DNA from: a virus
Lineage: Duplodnaviria > Caudoviricetes
Length of the DNA: 37,000 bases
Direction: 5' to 3' (one strand)
Virus record (IMG/VR): IMGVR_UViG_3300017785_003765
Span: 1 to 37,000 of that record
Shown: piece after piece, positions 32,981-37,000 of the stretch
How positions within the stretch are numbered: position 1 is the first letter of the stretch
Layout: every line of letters begins with the position of its first letter
Translations under genes and position numbers: made by a program
Notes under the pieces: model-generated
Told to the model about the DNA's origin: nothing
Database searches by the model: none
Seen by the model: the letters and a program-made list of their open reading frames with translations, nothing else

Positions 32981-34706
32981 AATTGACTCCAAGGTCTTCG
33001 CCGGGATTAACAACTTCCTCAGTGGGCAACGCTGACATGCTACGGACCAGTCTCCATTTCATTGTTGCGCTGTCTCTTGTGTCTGAGTACGCATCTGGCA
33101 CCAGCGGCAACCAAATGCGAATGACATCGGCGTCGCTTGGACGTGAACCTTGTTGCCCAACAGCTAGATTGCCAGCAATCGCAAGACGCGCATCTTGATA
33201 CGTTTTAAATGCAGGGTCGTTACCAAACACCGCAGCAGAACCGCGTTTGATTGCGTTCGCGCGTTGTTTTACTCCAACTTTGTCAATGATTGACAAAGAC
33301 AAGGCCTGGACCTCATCAACAGTCCTAGCCAAATTGCCCCTGCCAACTTGCTTGTTTCTCATGTCAGCCGTATCTGGACGCGTGGCTCCGCTTGAACGAA
33401 TTTCGTCAGGCGTCATGTATCGCTCTTGCTCATCAGCGTCCTTTGCCCAAGACATGCCTTGCTTCTTAGACGAGTTCAACGCGATGTTCCACGAGTTTTG
33501 CAATGAAGCGTTGCTGCGAGAGTTCCTACCTTTTTCAAGCTTGTCAGCAGCATCAATCTCCGACTGCACGTATCGCACAGGGTCGTTGTTGACTGCCGCC
33601 AATCTCACTTCAACTTCGGTTGGTGCCCTCTTCGGAGACGAAGCGCCTTGAGCTACAACTTCGTTTGTATCGGCATCTACAAGCTTTTGGTCAACGCCAA
33701 CACTTACAAGCCTGGGCGTTACGTCGCCAACAGCTTGAACCAGCTTCTTATACGCAAGCAATTGCTGGTCTTGTGGCAGTTGCTTGATAGCACCAATCTG
33801 CTGCTTGACCATCTCCAACTGTTGCGTTGGGAACACGCCGTTGTTGCTGTATTTCTCAACCAGTTGATCGACCGCTGATGGAATCTGAGAGTCCGCAAAC
33901 TTCAAGATACGCGCGGCATCGTTTCTTGCCACCGCGAGTGCGGATGCCTGGTGTTTTTCCATGTCCTCGTTTGAGGCCCGCATCAACGCCAATGATGGTT
34001 GTGCTTCCGCACTCAGACCAGCCGCCGCCATCTGTTTGGCATACGCATCAATGTCCCACAAGTCCAGCCCGTTGACACCACCAACGCTCATGCGTTTTGA
34101 AGTGTTGGTGACGTTCGTTATCTCAGGAACAGACATCGTCGGCGTCAAACGAGGCGCTCGCGCTGCGTTGCCTGACATCGATACCGAAGGAAACACGTCA
34201 GCCAGTCGTTGCGATGCCGGTTGTTGACCAAAGACGTTGGCGTTCCGCAGCATTCCACCAAACGTGTCTGAAGACGTGGCTGTGCCATCAGGCACAAACG
34301 TATCAGGGCTAAACGATGGCAACATCCGGTCTGACAAACTCCCAGCTTGACTAGGCGTAACCGTTGTCACATTCGGATTAGCTTGAAACTCGCTAAACTT
34401 CACACGCGCCGCATCTTGACGCGCCTGCGCGGCGTCTTCAAGCTTCTGCTGCTGCACCAGCCGCGCTTGCTGTGCCGTCTTAAACGCTTGATCCTTACCG
34501 GCTTGAATCTGAGCGGGGATGCCGCTCACAATCTTGCCCACGCTCTCGACGGCCCCGCCATACGCCTGCCCACGCACCTGTGCCGCCTGCGCCTGGGCAT
34601 TCGCCACGTCAATCAGCGCCTTCGCCTTCGCATCCTCGCCACGACTCAACAGCTCGGCAATGGTGCCGACGTAGGGGTTCCGATACGCCTGAAAGTTAAA
34701 CGCCAT
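32967..34706 (-). CDS. Ejection (DNA transfer) protein
   Basis: 579 aa, Ala/Gln-rich, helical; synteny. Confidence 0.65.
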   Translation of the reverse strand: MAFNFQAYRNPYVGTIAELLSRGEDAKAKALIDVANAQAQAAQVRGQAYGGAVESVGKIVSGIPAQIQAGKDQAFKTAQQARLVQQQKLEDAAQARQDAARVKFSEFQANPNVTTVTPSQAGSLSDRMLPSFSPDTFVPDGTATSSDTFGGMLRNANVFGQQPASQRLADVFPSVSMSGNAARAPRLTPTMSVPEITNVTNTSKRMSVGGVNGLDLWDIDAYAKQMAAAGLSAEAQPSLALMRASNEDMEKHQASALAVARNDAARILKFADSQIPSAVDQLVEKYSNNGVFPTQQLEMVKQQIGAIKQLPQDQQLLAYKKLVQAVGDVTPRLVSVGVDQKLVDADTNEVVAQGASSPKRAPTEVEVRLAAVNNDPVRYVQSEIDAADKLEKGRNSRSNASLQNSWNIALNSSKKQGMSWAKDADEQERYMTPDEIRSSGATRPDTADMRNKQVGRGNLARTVDEVQALSLSIIDKVGVKQRANAIKRGSAAVFGNDPAFKTYQDARLAIAGNLAVGQQGSRPSDADVIRIWLPLVPDAYSDTRDSATMKWRLVRSMSALPTEEVVNPGEDLGVNFGDK

Positions 34707-36238
34707 TAGGCCCCCGCCGCGAATTGGATGTCGTTCATCCGGTCGCGCTCGTATTGCCGCTGCTGATTCGTTTTCAGGGTAAACGCTGCGACCGCATCAT
34801 TGTAGGCTTGCTGCGAACGGTTGTAGGCGTCTGCCTGCTGCTGCTGATACAGATTCGTGTTCACGCCAAATGCGCCAGACCGCCGCGCTTCGGTATCCTG
34901 GTTGTAGGCGTTCTGCGCCAACGCATTCGTGGAATATTGCTGATAGGCGTTCTGCGCGTTCGTGTTGTACGCCCCGGCCCGATTCGCTTCGTTCGCGTTG
35001 TACGCGCCAAAGGCGTTGCCGTAGTTCGTCTGATACGCGCCAGCGCGATTCGCCTCGTTGGCGTTATACGCATTGAGCGCGTTCCCGTAGTTCGTCTGAT
35101 ACGCCCCGGCCCGATTCGCTTCGTTCGTGTTGTACGTGTTCAGGTTGCGGTTGTAGACGTTCCCGTACTCCTGAGACGCGGCCTGCTGGCCATAGTCTAA
35201 GATGCCCTTCATGTTGCCACCCGTGTTGGTGACCCCACGCGCTGCACCCGACCGTTCCAACGCTTTCTGGCCTTCGCTCAAACGGAACTGATAGCCGGGA
35301 TCTTGCCCCATGTCTGCCGCGGTCGGCGCGGCAAACGGCGTGGCCGCTTGATACTCATCTCGGCCAAACGGCGTGGCCGCCTGATACTCGTTCCGCGCAA
35401 ACGGCGTGGCCTGCTGATACGGAGCCGGAGCCTGATACTCGGGCGCTTGATAGGCCGCACCGGGCGTATACGTGCCGGGGTTCTGAATCGGGCCTTGCGG
35501 CTGCATCAGGTCGCCCAGCGTGCGCGGTGTGGGCGCTTCGCCCGGACGCTGATTCTGTAAGCCTTCCGGACCCAGCCCAAACGTCGCTAATCGCGCCGCT
35601 CGATCGGCAGGTGTTTCCTTGGCTGCGGCGGTGGGGCCATCGGCAGACTTCGGCCCTTCCGGCCCTCGCGGGACATTCTTCCATTGCCCGTTTTCGAGGA
35701 CCAAGTAGCCAGTCTTCAGACCGATGGTGCCATTGCCGGAATAGTAGAACGGCGAACCGTCTGTCCCGGGCGGCAGATTAAATTCTGTAGCCGCCAACGC
35801 AATGGCCGCATCGCGATCCCTCGTGCCGCCGGATGCATCCTTGGTGTTGAGCATCCGAACCAAGTAGTCATTGATCGTTTCACCAGCGTTTTTCGCCGTG
35901 TCAGGAGTATCAGTGGTTTTACGAGGATCGAGAGCCTTCGGATCGACATCTTCAGAGGTGCCAAAGTCGTACCCCGCAGGAGGGGTTCTTGTACTGGTTT
36001 TTTCGTTATTGTGATCGCGCCTCGCCTGCTGAGCACGGGGCGAACTCGGGATGTCATTCGTGATCCTTACCCAATCAGTCTCAGGGACCAAAACGGGAGA
36101 ATCATCAAAATCACTAGGCTCATACGCTAGACCCTCAAACTCCGCTTGTGTCGGCAGGCGGAAGTAATTCTGCCAATACAGCTTCCGCAATAACGCGATG
36201 CGGTTGCTACGAGTGACAGCGTCGTCTTTTTCTGACAT
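34706..36238 (-). CDS. Ejection protein with internal repeats
   Basis: DPGYQFRLSEGQKALERSGAARG...DYGQQAASQEYGN motif typical of P22-like DNA transfer proteins; YQAATPF and YNANEANRAGAY repeats. Confidence 0.75.
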   Translation of the reverse strand: MSEKDDAVTRSNRIALLRKLYWQNYFRLPTQAEFEGLAYEPSDFDDSPVLVPETDWVRITNDIPSSPRAQQARRDHNNEKTSTRTPPAGYDFGTSEDVDPKALDPRKTTDTPDTAKNAGETINDYLVRMLNTKDASGGTRDRDAAIALAATEFNLPPGTDGSPFYYSGNGTIGLKTGYLVLENGQWKNVPRGPEGPKSADGPTAAAKETPADRAARLATFGLGPEGLQNQRPGEAPTPRTLGDLMQPQGPIQNPGTYTPGAAYQAPEYQAPAPYQQATPFARNEYQAATPFGRDEYQAATPFAAPTAADMGQDPGYQFRLSEGQKALERSGAARGVTNTGGNMKGILDYGQQAASQEYGNVYNRNLNTYNTNEANRAGAYQTNYGNALNAYNANEANRAGAYQTNYGNAFGAYNANEANRAGAYNTNAQNAYQQYSTNALAQNAYNQDTEARRSGAFGVNTNLYQQQQADAYNRSQQAYNDAVAAFTLKTNQQRQYERDRMNDIQFAAGA

Positions 36239-36768
36239 TACCTGTACCTCGGCTGTCCGGTCAGAGGGTCAAGGCTGTCATCCACCGGCGCATCGCCGTA
36301 GTCCATCTCTTTCGGAACGATCAACTGAGCACGACGCAATGCGTCTGGCTCGACAAACGTATCCAGCGACTCTTGCGGCTGTCCGTAGCCCAGCAGATCC
36401 CGGAGATAGTTCATCTGATTCGTGCGCTGCCCACGCTCTTTGCTGGCCGTGCGCCCCGACGAAAGATACTCGGCCCGTTGGTTATACGCATTAGCGGCAG
36501 ATGTCTCGCCAGAGTTGAATTGTCCAGCTACATCAGCTCCGTACTGCGCCTTTGCCGCCGCGATGGCCCGCACTTCATCCCGAAACGACTGGTGCTGCAT
36601 GAAGCCTAGCGACCGCTTCGCCGCCGAATCGGACAGTACCGCTGCGCTGTTGGTCGCATCTGCCTGCAACTTGGCGACATACTTCGCCGCACTGGCCTGT
36701 TGCTTCGCGGAATAGATCGACCCAATCCCTTGCAGCGCCGCACCCACGCCAAACGTCACATTAGGCAT
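36238..36768 (-). CDS. P22 gp7-like small ejection protein
   Basis: GVGAALQGIGSIYSAKQQASAAK N-terminus; follows the GNAT gene. Confidence 0.65.
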   Translation of the reverse strand: MPNVTFGVGAALQGIGSIYSAKQQASAAKYVAKLQADATNSAAVLSDSAAKRSLGFMQHQSFRDEVRAIAAAKAQYGADVAGQFNSGETSAANAYNQRAEYLSSGRTASKERGQRTNQMNYLRDLLGYGQPQESLDTFVEPDALRRAQLIVPKEMDYGDAPVDDSLDPLTGQPRYR

Positions 36769-37000
36769 TTAGTCCACTCCAAACTGTACGGCAAAATGGT
36801 CGCACTCCAGATGCGTGGCGTGCATCCCGACATGCTCACACAGCCGACGCGCCTCATCGTCCATCGCCATCATCCAGACTTCACTCGCCTCAAGGTCTCG
36901 TGCCATGCCCTGCATCGCAGCCTGTAACGCACGCGCCACCCGCACACGTCCACGGTCTTCCGGACGAATCCACGCCCCGTCCATGTGCCACTTCCGCAAG
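36769..37000 (-). CDS. C-terminal part of the origin-spanning GNAT-like protein
   Basis: In frame with the ORF starting at 281 through the 123-bp overlap. Confidence 0.65.
   Translation of the reverse strand, partial: LRKWHMDGAWIRPEDRGRVRVARALQAAMQGMARDLEASEVWMMAMDDEARRLCEHVGMHATHLECDHFAVQFGVD
36878..37000. repeat. Terminal direct repeat, copy 2
   Basis: Identical to 1-123. Confidence 0.97.

Overview
The window is an apparently complete circular P22-like podovirus genome of 36,877 bp. Bases 1-123 recur exactly at 36878-37000, and one GNAT-like ORF reads through the junction. The minus strand carries the late genes: TerS, TerL, portal, scaffold, P22-type coat, gp4/gp10-like tail proteins, ejection proteins, tail fibres and a lysis cassette. 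The plus strand (about 12.5-25 kb) carries small early genes, Sak/YqaJ/SSB-like recombination genes, two DNA methyltransferases, VRR-NUC, an XRE regulator and a sigma-70 region-4 protein. No integrase, polymerase, primase or helicase was recognised. The standout locus is 20396-21984: a solo Cas7/RAMP-like gene, a coupled winged-helix-like gene and a non-coding array of 8 units. The array consists of 78 GGC-NN pentamers delimited by RAGGAAC. It is a candidate RNA-guided system with a gapped dinucleotide code, resembling my recollection of VIPR systems. Other notable items are a C5 methyltransferase split over two overlapping frames (M.EcoHK31I-like), NrdR-box-like sites at the early promoter, an Sm-like gene followed by a hexamer array, and several structured non-coding regions. 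All assignments come from reading motifs by eye; no searches were run.
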